The notes under the pieces were generated by a model. That model worked only from the letters and a program-made list of their open reading frames with translations. It ran no database searches and was not told the origin of the DNA. A program made the translations under genes and the position numbers. A stretch of DNA of 64,000 nucleotides from Narcine bancroftii (lineage: Eukaryota), in NCBI RefSeq assembly GCF_036971445.1, contig NC_091475.1, positions 51,088,001 through 51,152,000 on the forward strand. Direction: 5' to 3'. The stretch's first letter is position 1; each line of letters begins with the position of its first letter. Shown piece by piece: positions 35,403-47,379 of this stretch.

Positions 35403-38400
35403 CTTTGCTTCGAGTAGCGTGCGGATACAATTGGTGACCCGACGGTTTAGACGGCATCTAAACTACAATAATAAGCGAACCGGCAGTCCATGCAGTCGCC
35501 TTGAAACTGCCAGCTTTCTGGACAAATTGGCCATGTGTGTGGTTTGATCAGGCTGAAGCGCAGTTTCATATCTGCCAGATCCCAGTAGAATCCACCCGGT
35601 ACAAGCACGTGGTGAGCCCCCTGGACCAGGACACGGTGAGCTGGGTGGCCAATTTCATCCAAGAGCCCTCGTTGAAAGGTGCCTACACCGCTTTCAAGGC
35701 CATTCTCATCGAAACCTTCTGGCTCTCAAGGCGCAAGACAGGAGCACTTGGATGGGCTGGGGGACAGGCCCCCATTGGCCCTGATGAATGACATACTTTC
35801 CCTCATTGGGAAGCATGAACCCTGCATAATGTTTGAGCAGGTGTTCTTAGAGCAACTACCTGGAGACATCCAACTGCTTCTGGCGGACACCGACTTCAGT
35901 GAGCCCCCATAAGGATGCAGCACGAGCGAACATCCTCTGGAAACAGAAAAGAGAGTGCTTGGCATCCATGGGGCTCATCGGCAAACACTGTGGCCAGAAC
36001 CAGATCGACCCACCGAGAGAACAGCAATCCAACAAGGGAGGTGAGCCCAATGACCAGTGGTGCTTTTACCACCAGCAATAGGTCTCAGGAGCCCGCCAAT
36101 GCCAACGCACATTCCAGGGAAACGCTGGAGCCAGCCACCACTCATGATCATAACGGCTGGCGAACAAGACAGCTTCCTGTATGTGAGGGACCATCAATTC
36201 GGACAGCAATTCCTCATGGGCAGGACACCAGAAACAGACAAGTGGGCCCCACGCTGAGGGCTGCCAACAGCAGCACAATCAGGACACATTGCACACACAA
36301 GGTCCAGCTACAGCTGGGGACTAGCCTCTTTTCATGGGTGTTCACGTTGGCAGCAGTGGAGCAGCCACTCCTTGGGGCAGATTTCTTCTGCGCCAACAGC
36401 CTGCTGGTGGATCTGAAAGGTCAGAGACTGGTCTACACACAGACTTTCCAAACTATACCCGTCAAGAACGCCAGGCTCCCGGCTCCCCACCTCGGCTCAG
36501 TGCAGCGATCCATGGATGAATACGCCAAGATCCTCGCAGATTACTCCCCCCCCCCCCACCAGTTCACCATTGTGATGCCCTGACACGTCGTAAGGCACCA
36601 CATCTTTTCCCAAGGCCCAACGCTCTGTGCATGAGCGAGATGAGAAGCTCCAACTAGCAAAGGAGAAGTTCAAGAAGATGGAAGAGCTCGGCATAGTATG
36701 GCAATCAGACAGCCTGTGGGCTTCTCCCCTGCACATGGTGTCAAAGGCCACTGGAGGTCGGAGACCGTGCGGTGACTACCGCTGTCTCAATGAGGCCACC
36801 ATGCCAGATATTTACCCTGTGCCACACATCCAAGACTCTGTAGCCAACCTGCCTGGGGCAACAATCTTCTCAAAAGTGGACCTCATGTAGAGATACCATC
36901 AGATCGCAGTTCACCCTGACAACATCCCCAAGACCACCATCATCACCCTGTTCAGCCTGTTTGAATTTTTAAGTATGCTATTTAGGCTGAAGAATGCTGC
37001 GCAAACCTTCCAGTGGCTGATGGACGTAGTGGGCTGAGACCTGGATGGCACCTTCATCTATCTGGATAACATCCTCATGGCAAGCAAAGACCGGCAAGGA
37101 TATTTGGTGCACCTCCGTAACCTTTACACCTGGCTGAGTGGATTTGGACTGACTATCAATCCAGCCAAATGCCAGTTCAGGTTGGAGACCATCGACATCC
37201 TGGGCCAAAGGATAACCAAGGAAGGGTCCACACCACTGCCCAACAAGGTGGAGGCCATCCAAAGGTTTCCTAGGCCCAGCACAACCAGGGGACTGCAAAG
37301 TTCATTGGAATGGTCAACTTTTATCGCATGTTCATCCCCTCGGCTACTGGAATCATGCGACCCAAGGATGTAACATGGGATAAAGAGCGGAATCCTTTGA
37401 GAAGGCCATGGGCAGACCTCAGGCACGGGGATTGGCGGTGTTCTGGAGCAGCAGATCGAAGGGAACTGGCGACTGCTGGCTTTCTTCAGCAAGAATCTGC
37501 TGCCTCCGGAATTGAAGTACAGTGCTTTCGACAGAGAGCTACTGGCACTGTACTTAGCCTTCTGCCACTTTTGATACTTTCTTGAAGGCAGGACATTTAC
37601 AGCCTTCACCAACCACAAACCCTTAACCTTTGCCCTGGCCAAAATCTCAGACCCCTGGTCTGCTCGCCAATAGCATCATCTATCATACATCTCTGAGTAT
37701 ACTACAGATGTGCGACATGTCTCGGGCAAGGAGAACGTGGTGGCGAATGCCTTATCCAGACACAATATCCACGTGCTATTGAAGGGGGTGGACTTCGTAG
37801 AGCTGGTGAAGGTGCAGCAAGACAACATGGAGATACCCCAGTGCAGGATGGCCATCTCAGGTCTGCAACTACAGGATATCCTGGTTGGGGCAGATAACAC
37901 CACCACCTGTGCGACATGGCCACTAGACAGGTCAGACCTCTTGTTCCAGTGGTTGGAGATGACAGGTTTTCGATTCCATCCATGGGCTGACTCACCCATC
38001 CATCTGGACCACGGTCCGACTGGTGGCCAGAAAATATGTGTGACATGGTCTCCAGAAAGAGGTCAGCGGGTGGGTGAAGGTGTGCACACAGTGCCAAACA
38101 GCCAAGGTACAATGGCATACCAATGCACTGCCACATCACTTTGTGCCCATGGAGCAAAGATTTGACCTTGTACATGTAGACAACATGAGACCTCTACCAG
38201 TATCCCATGGGTTCCGCTACCTGTTCACAATGGTCGATCGTTTCACCAGGTGGCCAGAAGCAGTCCCGATGGTGGACATCTCCATGACTTCATGCGCCAG
38301 AGCCCTCATCTTCTTCTGGGCAGCATGGTTTGGCGTATCCTCCCACATTACATTGGACAGAGGGGCTGAATTCACCTCTAGCTTATGGTCTGACCTCGCC

Positions 38401-39053
38401 AGCCTGTGGGGTGCTCAGCTACACCACACCTCAGCCTTGTCACCTGCAATCAAATGGGCTGGTGAGGCGTTTCCACAGGCACTTCAAGTCTGCACTCATG
38501 TCTAGACTACAAGGACCCAACTGGGTGATGAGCTACCATGGGCACTGCTATGAATCTGCAAGGCACCCAAAGAGGACCTCAATATCTTCTCTGCTGAGCT
38601 CATCTACGGAACCCCATTGTTGTTCCTGGGGAATTCGCACCACCCCCAGACAAACGACCAGACAACACAGCAGCAATCCTCTGCAAACTATAGGAATGAG
38701 TTGGCAACCTGGCCCCAACCAGGCACTGACAAGTGAGGACCAACATACCCAAAGACCTGTTGGCACTTGCCCCAGCAAGCAGGAGGCTAAGGTAGCATAG
38801 GGACCAGCATCCCTAATGTAGCGCTGGCTCTGCTGCAAAGCCAGCAGAGAGGGACAAGCATGCAGGGAAGAAGATATTGTCAAGTAAGAGTGTACCCGCG
38901 TGCAGGAGACCTGCTATTGTTATGTGAGTGGTGACTTTAGCAAACTGCGGGAAAACGAACAATATAAAAGTTGGGCTTTCAGCCCCAATAAAGCAGAGCT
39001 ATACCTGACTATACTCATGTGTGTGTCTTTACTTTGGGTAGCATGCAGTTACA
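35054..39053 (+). mobile_element. Decayed near-full-length Gypsy provirus (CsRn1/Kabuki-like): 5' LTR 35054-35429, partial 3' LTR ~38776-39053
   Basis: PBS tggtgacccgacg (tRNA-Trp-like) at 35432; gag KLPAFW..WF.QAEAQF and CFYH finger; RT WASPLHMV..RPCGDYR, YLDN; RNase H; integrase VDRFTRWPEAVP; TSD ATGC/ATGT; many stops and frameshifts. Confidence 0.92.
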
Positions 39054-39122
39054 ATGTAATGATTCCGATTGATATTATTCAGAATAAAATACCTTAAATA
39101 CTTCATTTATTTCTTGTTTATA

Positions 39123-39313
39123 CTCACTGACAAAAGGCAAAGGAGGAAAAACCCAACACCCAACCCCAACCAACCAATTTTCCCCTGCAACCGCTGCAAC
39201 CGTATCTGCCTGTCCCGCATCGGACTTGTCAGCCACAAACGAGCCTGCAGCTGACGTGGACATTTACCCCCTCCATAAATCTTCGTACGCGAAGCCAAGC
39301 CAAAGAAGAAAGA
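39123..39313 (+). mobile_element. Young RTE (BovB-like) LINE, copy 3
   Basis: LTDKRQRRKNPTPNPNQPIFPCNRCNRICLSRIGLVSHKRACS*, GAA tail. Confidence 0.9.
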
Positions 39314-42300
39314 ATACATAATAAGCCCCAAACCTCTTTTAACTGCATTAATTGCTCTAGATGTCTGTTCTGCTTTCAGTTGCCATGCTAAAACTTTGAG
39401 CCCTTTCATCTAACTCATAATATCTCTTTTGTTCTTTGAATTAATTTTTCAGTTCTATATATCTGAATAGTATATTGGAGTTTTAATTAAATTAATTAAT
39501 TGTTTTTTCTTTACTTCAGAAGGATTATTTTGTATATCCTTTTCTAATTTACCTATATCATTCTAATTGATTTGTCTCTTTTAGATATTCCTTTTTAATT
39601 TTAGCCATTTAATTTATTAGTTGACCTCTTAAATACACTTTTAATGTATCCCAAATAATACCTTTATTGTCTACAGAATTCATTTTTAAAGTAATTGAAT
39701 TTGTTTTCTTATAAAATCACAAAAATCCACTCTTTTTAATAATGCAGTGTTAAACCTCCATCTTTGCGGCTTTTCCCCCTTAAGAATTGAATATGCCATT
39801 AAAAGTGGAGAATGATCTGATAATATTCTAGCTTTATATTCAACATTAGTAATTCTTCCTTGTAACTGTGCTGATATTAAAAACATATCTATTCTTGAAT
39901 AAAAATCATGTCTATGAGAATAAAAAGAAATTATCTCTCTCTTTACGATTCAACTTCTGCCAAATATTGGCAAAATTTAATTCCTTCATTAAACTTAAAA
40001 TAGCCTTTGCTAATTTAGCTTTCCTTACTCTTTTAACTGATTTATCCAATAATGGGTCAAGACAACAATTAAAATCACCTCCTATTAAAATATTTTCCTG
40101 TGCTTTAGCCAAAAAAACTCATAAAAATCTTCATCATCCATATTTGCTGCATAAATACACATAAATGTCCACATTTCAGAATAAATTTAACAATTAATCA
40201 AAACATATCTTTCTCCAGGATCCATTATAGTATCTACAAGTTTTACTGATAATGTTTTAAAAATTAATATTGCTATTCCTCTTGCTTTAGAATTAAAAGA
40301 TGAAGTTACCACTGGTCCCAATCTCTTTTTAATTTCAGATTCTCTGTCAAATGGGTTTCTTGTAAAAATGTAATATTTACTTCCATCTTTTTCATATGAC
40401 TAAATATTCTTTTCCTTTTAATCCTACTATTTAGCCCATTAACATTAAAACTAATAAAATTTAATATATTCTTTTCACCCATCATCTTAGATCCAAGTCT
40501 CTTCCAATCCCATTCTTCCAGGTATCCCTCATCAATACTAACTGATTCCTGCATATGTCTCTGTCCTATAGAAAAAAAGATAATGAAAGAATCAAAAAGG
40601 AAAAAAAAATTCATCAACAAACAAATTATGTAAAGTAAACCCCCAAAAGAGTGCTGAGTAAAGATACCACAGGACTACTTCCCTCCACCGTATGGGTTGT
40701 AGCTCCTGCCATAATATGGCACATAACAGCTCAGGCAAGTAAGGAAAAACATTTATCCCTGCCCTTAAGGGGAAAAAAAAAATTAATTACGCATTTGGAA
40801 ATAATAAATTGCCTACTGCTTCAAGATCAGCATGAACTTAATCATCATCAATTACAGCTATTTCAGTCTGAGTTTCTGGATCCAGTTGCAACTCTAGTTG
40901 ACAGCTAACAATCTGTTTTGGCATAACCCTCTTCAGTGTGATTTGTATCTTCAACACTTCACTTTGTATTTCTTGTTGAGAGCTTAAACTCAACAATTCC
41001 TGCTGCTCTTCCTTAACTGTAGGAAGAGATTCTGCAAATCTTCACGCTTTCCCTTGTCTACAAAAAACCTGGGTCATTTATTAACCAAAAACACCTTTAA
41101 TATAGCTGGATATCTGAAAAAAAATTTATAATCGTTCTTCCAAAGAATTGCCTTGATTGGATTAAATTCTTTTCTTCTATCCACCACAGCTTTACTTAAA
41201 TTTGGATAAAAGAAAAATTTATTTCCATCAATAACCATAGGACCATTATTTTGTCTTGCTTTTTGAACTGCGAGTCTTAAGATGTTTTCTTTGTCCTGGT
41301 ATTGCAGATATTTAATCAATATAGCCCTAGGTGATTGATTTGGCTGTGGCTTCCTCTGTAAAGCTCGATGAGCTCTTTCCAATTCGATTCCATTTGAAAA
41401 ATTCTCTTCTCCCAGAATGCTCGGAATACACTTTTGAAAAAAATTCCAGAGGATCTCCAGTTTCTTAAAATTCTTTTTTTTTAAGACCAACAATCTTAAC
41501 ATTATTTCATCTACTTTGATTTTCCATCATATCCATTTTTTTTCCATCATTTCTTTCCTCTGCTTTTCCCAGAGAGTATCTGAATTTTTAACCCTGTCAT
41601 TTTTAGCCATGCAGATATCCATATCATTTTTAACATCTGTACATCCAGGCCAACTCTTTGAACCATTGCTTTAACTTCATTAACTTCTGAAATGTATTTC
41701 AACATTTCACCCTGAAGTTCTTTCATGTCAAATATAACATTCCTAATGTCAGCTCCTATAATGATATTGTCCCATTATTAGTGAGTAAAGATCTTTTATA
41801 TTTGGATCTTTAACTCCATATTCTGAATCCTCCAGCACTTCCTCTTCATCTTCATCCGACTCTTCTTGATCTCCCTTTTCCATTGATCGCCAGCTGTAAA
41901 AGCTACAGGTGTTTCTGACAGCTCTTGTATGTCAGATTGCAGTTCCTTAATTCCAACATGATTGGGAATGTGCTGTTGAGTGAGCACTCTCAGGCACATT
42001 CGTCTTCTTCATGTGTATGTGGTGGTAAATCTTTGCGTATTAAGTTAGACTATTCTTCAGGGAAGATCTGAATAGATCCACCCCTATCTTCCCCCATTTC
42101 CTCAAGAGATGGCACTGGCTTTGGCTGAAAGAAAGCTGTCATCGCGTGTGTTACTCACAGGGGCTTCAGAACCTGAGGCCCAGGCACCATTTTCAAGGTA
42201 GCCCACTTTTCTTCGATTTTTCTTTGAATCTTTACTCACGATTTTCTTGTCTCTTGCCGTTTTCCTTCCTCTAGCTGTCATATTGAACAGTATGCAGCTA

Positions 42301-43255
42301 AGTTCCGGAGGTTTTTAATATAGTTTAGTTTAAAACATATTAATTTAATTTGGGCTTTATACATTAATCCCCAGGGAGAGTCATGAGTCCACCTCCTTCC
42401 CCTACGCCATTTACGCTCTGCCTCCTCCCCACCCCTCCTCACCCCACCCGAGTAAGGATAAGTGTGGTAACATCAGGCAAATCCATTTAACTTCAGTGAC
42501 TAATAAAGACAAATGCAAGAATAATAAATGCCTTCCATTAATTTCTCACACTAGTCAACCAACATGCAGTGCTTGTATTTTTGACTCTGGATTAGATGGC
42601 TATTTCTTTCAGGTGCACTCCAGAGACATGAGCACATAGTCAGGGCTGTCATATCAATGCATTTCTTTAAATATGCTGGAGTTTTACAGCTGCTGTGTTT
42701 TGGATATGAGAGTTGTTTATCATTTCATACCAATGTCAAACTCAAAGAGCAACCAAGAACTTCTGCCATTCTTGTGGACATGTGCAGACATTTCAATACC
42801 ACATGTAGAGCCTGGACAATTATTTTTGTCTCACAATATGGTGGATGTACATTTCTATTTCATAATTACTGTTGCCCATCACATTTGCAGTTTAATTTGG
42901 TGAAAGGTTGATATTGATATTTAAATCAAATTATTTTAAAGCTTGTTGGTGATTCCTATGGCCTATTTCTGTGCCATATCTCTTTACAACGGGAATCCCA
43001 CAAGTACCTTGAGGCCCACTGGCAGCATTTGATTTCCCTGCTTGACTGTTGATTTTATATATTATAACAGCTTTTTTATTCAGTACGTCTGACCAGAAAC
43101 CTGCTTGGAAAATTTATTGAAAGTGCTCAGCACACTTTCAATGTATTTTGCCAATTGTATCTCTCACACTCATGCACATCAACTTTTTTAGAGCAAGGTA
43201 TAACAGTTACGTTTTTAAAAAAGCTGTTAAACAATGATTCTTTTTTTTTCTTCAG

Positions 43256-43409
43256 GTAGCATCCTATGATTTTAAACTACCAGTCAATATTAATGGCAAT
43301 ACATCACCATCTCCTCCTCCAAGTTCGATACCACCTGATCCTTATGATGATGCTGCTTCAGTACAATTACAGAATCCCCCCACACAATCACGCAGAGTGA
43401 AAGCTACAG
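43256..43409 (+). CDS. CFAP47: CFAP47 exon (VASYDFKLPVNINGNTSPSPPP..RRVKAT)
   Basis: Long T tract plus ttcag|, g|gtaggt donor; 154 nt, phase 0 to 1, open frame. Confidence 0.88.
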
Positions 43410-43809
43410 GTAGGTTCAAAAAAAGGAGAAAAGTCCATTGAAGGCTTATTTGAAATCAAACTGTCAGCAACCTCTTGAATGTCATCAAAAATCTAAAGAT
43501 GCTGGAAATTTGAAACTCTATCAGAAATTAAATTAACAAATATTAAATTGGGGGAAAATATGGAGCTATAGTACTGGTCCTGCACCATGAACATCATGTA
43601 AATCTATCCCGCCTGATATTTTGCCATAGCACATTGATCTGTACTTAAGTCTTCCTTTTATGTTTGTTCATTTTCAATTTTTAAAACTTATAGTTCATGA
43701 ATTATAGAACATCCTGCCTAATTAAATTAAATTTAATAAGATACAACATGGATCTGCATACATGCTTATTATAATGTAAACAAGCATGTTCCATTCTGAG
43801 TATTGATAT

Positions 43810-44280
43810 TTTTCACTTCAATCCATTTCAAATTGAATAAAATTATTTACTGTTGCATGGATTGAGATACCATGAGAAATGCTATTCCAGGCAAGTGGAC
43901 TCATGCTTGGGCATAGCAAGTAGTTCAGTAATAAAAAGATATGCAGGGTATAGTGTTACTATACATCAATTAATGTAGGCCATCATGTTCCAAAGACAAA
44001 GAGCAGGGCAAAGAGAAAAATATAGTTAAAACAGTACAAGAACATATCTTTACCACTGAGATGTCCATTTTAAGGGTCTGACAGAAATTGTCCTCGAATT
44101 AGGCAGTTCATGCTCATGTGCCACAATGGAAGAGGGAAGAAGAGAGTATTACTGGGATGGGATGGATCGTTTAATATGTTGGCAGCATTCCGAGGCAGCG
44201 GGAGATATTGACAGAGTTTATGGAGAGCGTGTTCAATTGCATGATGGTCTGAATTGTGTTCACAACTCTCTGCAGTGAGA
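43810..44280 (-). mobile_element. Rex1/Babar-type 3' fragment
   Basis: AANILNDPSHPSNTLFFPLP. Confidence 0.65.
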
Positions 44281-44316
44281 ACTTTAAAAGTTGATACATT
44301 AAAAAAATATTGATCT

Positions 44317-44606
44317 TGTAATGTTTGCACTACAACGAGTGTAGAAGGAAGAAACACACGCACGAGTCGAAATGGAAGAGTGTTTTATTGAACTGGCAGC
44401 TTTGCTTTTATAGGACCTTTGTGCTGACATCAGGGCCCTGCGTTATCAGAGTGCCGACCTCAGGTTTGTTGGCATTCCTGCCAGAATTCCCCATCTTGCA
44501 GCTGTGCAGGGATCACCTGGGACAACGGCTAGTGTCACCCCCAGGTCTGCGCAATCGCCGCATTCGTTGGCCATTTTGCAGACCAGTTCATGTGTGGGCC
44601 ACCACA
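44317..44606 (-). mobile_element. Solo LTR
   Basis: TG..CA ends, TATAAAA and AATAAA on minus, near-TSD ATCT/ATGT. Confidence 0.7.
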
Positions 44607-44851
44607 ATGTATTATTTCTTCTAATTATCTAAATTATGCATATGCAATTATGTGATCTAGCAGAGACTGAAAATCAAAATTGGATCTGCAAATTGCTTTA
44701 TATTTTAGTGATTTAAAATATGCTGCTTATTAACTGAGATTTTGAGCCATTTTTTATATTATTTACAGTATTTTATCATTTGTAATATTTTAAATTACAT
44801 TTCTTGACAAGCAACAAAATGAAAGATCAACAGTTAAATTTTATCTTTCAG

Positions 44852-44952
44852 TACTTTATCCACCAATAAAACTATCAACCACTAAGGTGGAATTCTCCCT
44901 CACACCAGGATACAATGATTTGGGTGTTATTGAAGCAGATTCATTTGTAAAG
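44852..44952 (+). CDS. CFAP47: CFAP47 exon (VLYPPIKLSTTKVEF..DSFVK)
   Basis: tttcag| acceptor, aag|gtactg donor; 101 nt, phase 1 to 0. Confidence 0.88.
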
Positions 44953-45085
44953 GTACTGTAAACCCTGTCTATAATTAGGTCCTTTCTTTATTTCATTATT
45001 TCATCTGGTAGTGGTATGATCTTTATTTCATTGATGAAAAGTCACATTGACTTTTTGTTCTTTTCATTTTTAAATGCTCCAATAG

Positions 45086-45248
45086 AAAATTGAAATAGAG
45101 AATATCTCAAATAGAGAGACAAAGTGGATGTTGGAGTTCAATAGGCAAGAAAACAAAGCTCTTGAAGAAGGTATTTTCAGAATTTATAACCTTAATGGGA
45201 GTCTTCAACCAGGCCAAAGACACTGCATTACGATTGGCTTTTGCCCAG
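45086..45248 (+). CDS. CFAP47: CFAP47 exon (KIEIENISNRETKW..GSLQPGQRHCITIGFCP)
   Basis: aatag| acceptor after a 133-nt intron, g|gtaggt donor; 163 nt, phase 0 to 1; GxLxPG..F.P Ig-like repeat signature. Confidence 0.88.
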
Positions 45249-46176
45249 GTAGGTATTTAATGTAAAAATGCACTTTTGAAACAATTTTCTGTGGTAGCTG
45301 TTTGAAAAAAGGCACAATATGAATTTAGATTTTTTACCAGTGTGAGTGACTCATTCCTTAGTCTCAAAAATAGTTGGAGGCAGATTTAATTGTAAATTCG
45401 TCATGTTATCATTTTGATGTTTTTAAAGTGTATTATTGTCATGACCAAGTGAAATGAAGTTTTCTATTCAGAATTTGTTGTAAACTATTGTAAAAATCAA
45501 TCAGATGAAATAAATAGACAATGCAATAATTTGTCAGAGAGAAATTTCTAAAGCATACTTTCATCAGAAACTCAATTATATTGAAAATAGTAGTTAGAAG
45601 GCAATTTGAAGATGAGGAATTAATTGAATGGTTTCAATGTGGTTGAAAATTCTGCTGAATTCAGTCCAAAACATAACCCATGGCTTTAAAAAATGTCATA
45701 GATTGTGACATCAGGTGTTAAATAGCTTTTGGCTTTTGTCAGAATTTAATGTGCTGCATCTTTTAAGATGATCACAACCTTATTATTCAAACATGTGGCT
45801 TTTGCTGTGACATCCACCACCTAACCACTTTGCAGTTTATCCATAAAATTAACTTTATTTCCAAGTCCCTGAATTCTCTGTGTAGTTATCCAAGACCAAT
45901 CCCTTTACCCAAATACTGTGATGTTTTAGCTGGAAAACTATTGTGTGCAAGATGTTTTATCTGGTAAGGATCCCACATCATTCTTGCTGCTTGAAAAAAA
46001 TCACTTTCACTCTTTTTTAATTTCTACCACAATATCAGCCACATAATCTGCCACATGAGGGCATTTTACAAAATCATAAATAGCACTCAGTTTTATCTTA
46101 TTAGTGAATGAGATTCAGATTTTATTCTGGCAAAACTCTTTGCATGTTAGGCAGGTTTTTAGTCTTTATATTGACC

Positions 46177-46443
46177 TGTAGCGGTGCACATCCTCATGGT
46201 GAACTGGTGCCGCTTGTATCGCCACGTGGCAGGGCAGCCATGGGGAAATGGCGTCGTCAGAGGTTTCTCTCGGACTCCAGCATCCCTTCCAGCGCGCACC
46301 CTGGGCAGCGATTATGACGTCACAATGCACCAGGTGACTGAGCTCGTGTTGCCCTTAAAGGGGCGTGCTGAATTTGAACAAAAACAGTCGTTAACGACCC
46401 TCAGCGTGGTGGCCGTGTTTCTTCCACTGCTCACACCGCCGCA
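46177..46443 (+). mobile_element. CpG-rich solo LTR
   Basis: TGTAGCGG..CCGCCGCA ends, TTAAAG TATA-like box, near-TSD GACC/GGCC, sharp GC/CpG contrast with flanks. Confidence 0.75.
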
Positions 46444-46847
46444 GGCCAATATTTTAATTTTCTCTTGTTAATTTCAAGAATCTTGTCCTAGTTCCGAAGC
46501 CTCTTGTATGGATCTTTACAAAAGAGCAGTTTGAAAATCTTAAGTACTGAAGACAATTGCTAGATTATCATAAGTTAGCAGTTCTCTTTATCCCACTTCA
46601 CCAACACCTCAAAAATATGATGGATTTGTATATGGACTCGTTTTCCCTGTTAATACAGTTCAGTTAAATGGTATGTAACTTTTGATCTGTGATTCCTTGG
46701 TGGTTTAAGATTATTTTCATGTTTACAAGTCTTTTTGTGAGGTTAGAATGGAGGGAGTTGGTGGTGAATGAGGACTCGGTAATTTTCAGAGAACTTGAAT
46801 TACCAGCAAAACTGATTATTCTTTTTCTCTGCTTCCATAATTTTCAG

Positions 46848-47046
46848 GTTATCCAGGCAATTATATGGTTGAAATTCCCATGTTTATTAATGAGGACAGA
46901 ACTATCCCTTATCGAATTATATCCATCAGTGGTATTGTACATACCCCTACATTGATTATTGATCCCCCTTTTGTGAACCTGCATGCAGTTCCTCTCAATA
47001 CAGAAACAACAGCAACACTCCAACTTACTTGTTTAAACTATCTAAG
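46848..47046 (+). CDS. CFAP47: CFAP47 exon (GYPGNYMVEIPMFIN..VPLNTETTATLQLTCLNYL)
   Basis: tttcag| acceptor, ag|gtttga donor; 199 nt, phase 1 to 2. Confidence 0.9.
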
Positions 47047-47379
47047 GTTTGATCATTTGACTTCTTTTGCTTATTCCAATTTTAGCACTCAAGTTAATAA
47101 TCATTATTGTTGATTTCTTTTTATTGAGTTTATAACAGAAAATATTTTTTAATAAAAACATGCTTCTCTTTTGAAAAAAGAAATATGAGAATTATTAGAA
47201 TTTGAGGGTTAAACAGAAGATGTATTAAGTAATTAACATGATAAACAAACTGAAGGAGATACAAAATACTTCAGGTGCTGATGTTTCTTTGAAGTTTTAT
47301 TTGTGACAGTCTTCCATATACTGTTTTAAAGTATTAAGTATTTGCTTTGTACTTCTGTTTTTCTTGGTAAGTAAGTCAA

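Larger units (their letters stand above)
34965..42420 (-). mobile_element. L1-clade LINE 5' half (ORF1, ORF2 endonuclease/linker), interrupted by Gypsy and RTE insertions
   Basis: IELERAHRAL (ORF1), ISFNVNGLNS..LQETHL, IGGDFN, ILSDHSPL..WRFN; ORF2 text continues across both insertions (KQEINEVFKVFYSE..LHDENK..ISLPCLN). Confidence 0.88.

Noticed and set aside
35447-38883. Cluster of medium ORFs as a functional retroviral or novel locus
   Set aside because: Fragments of one decayed Gypsy gag-pol with many stops, frameshifts and a mutated RT active site (YLDN).
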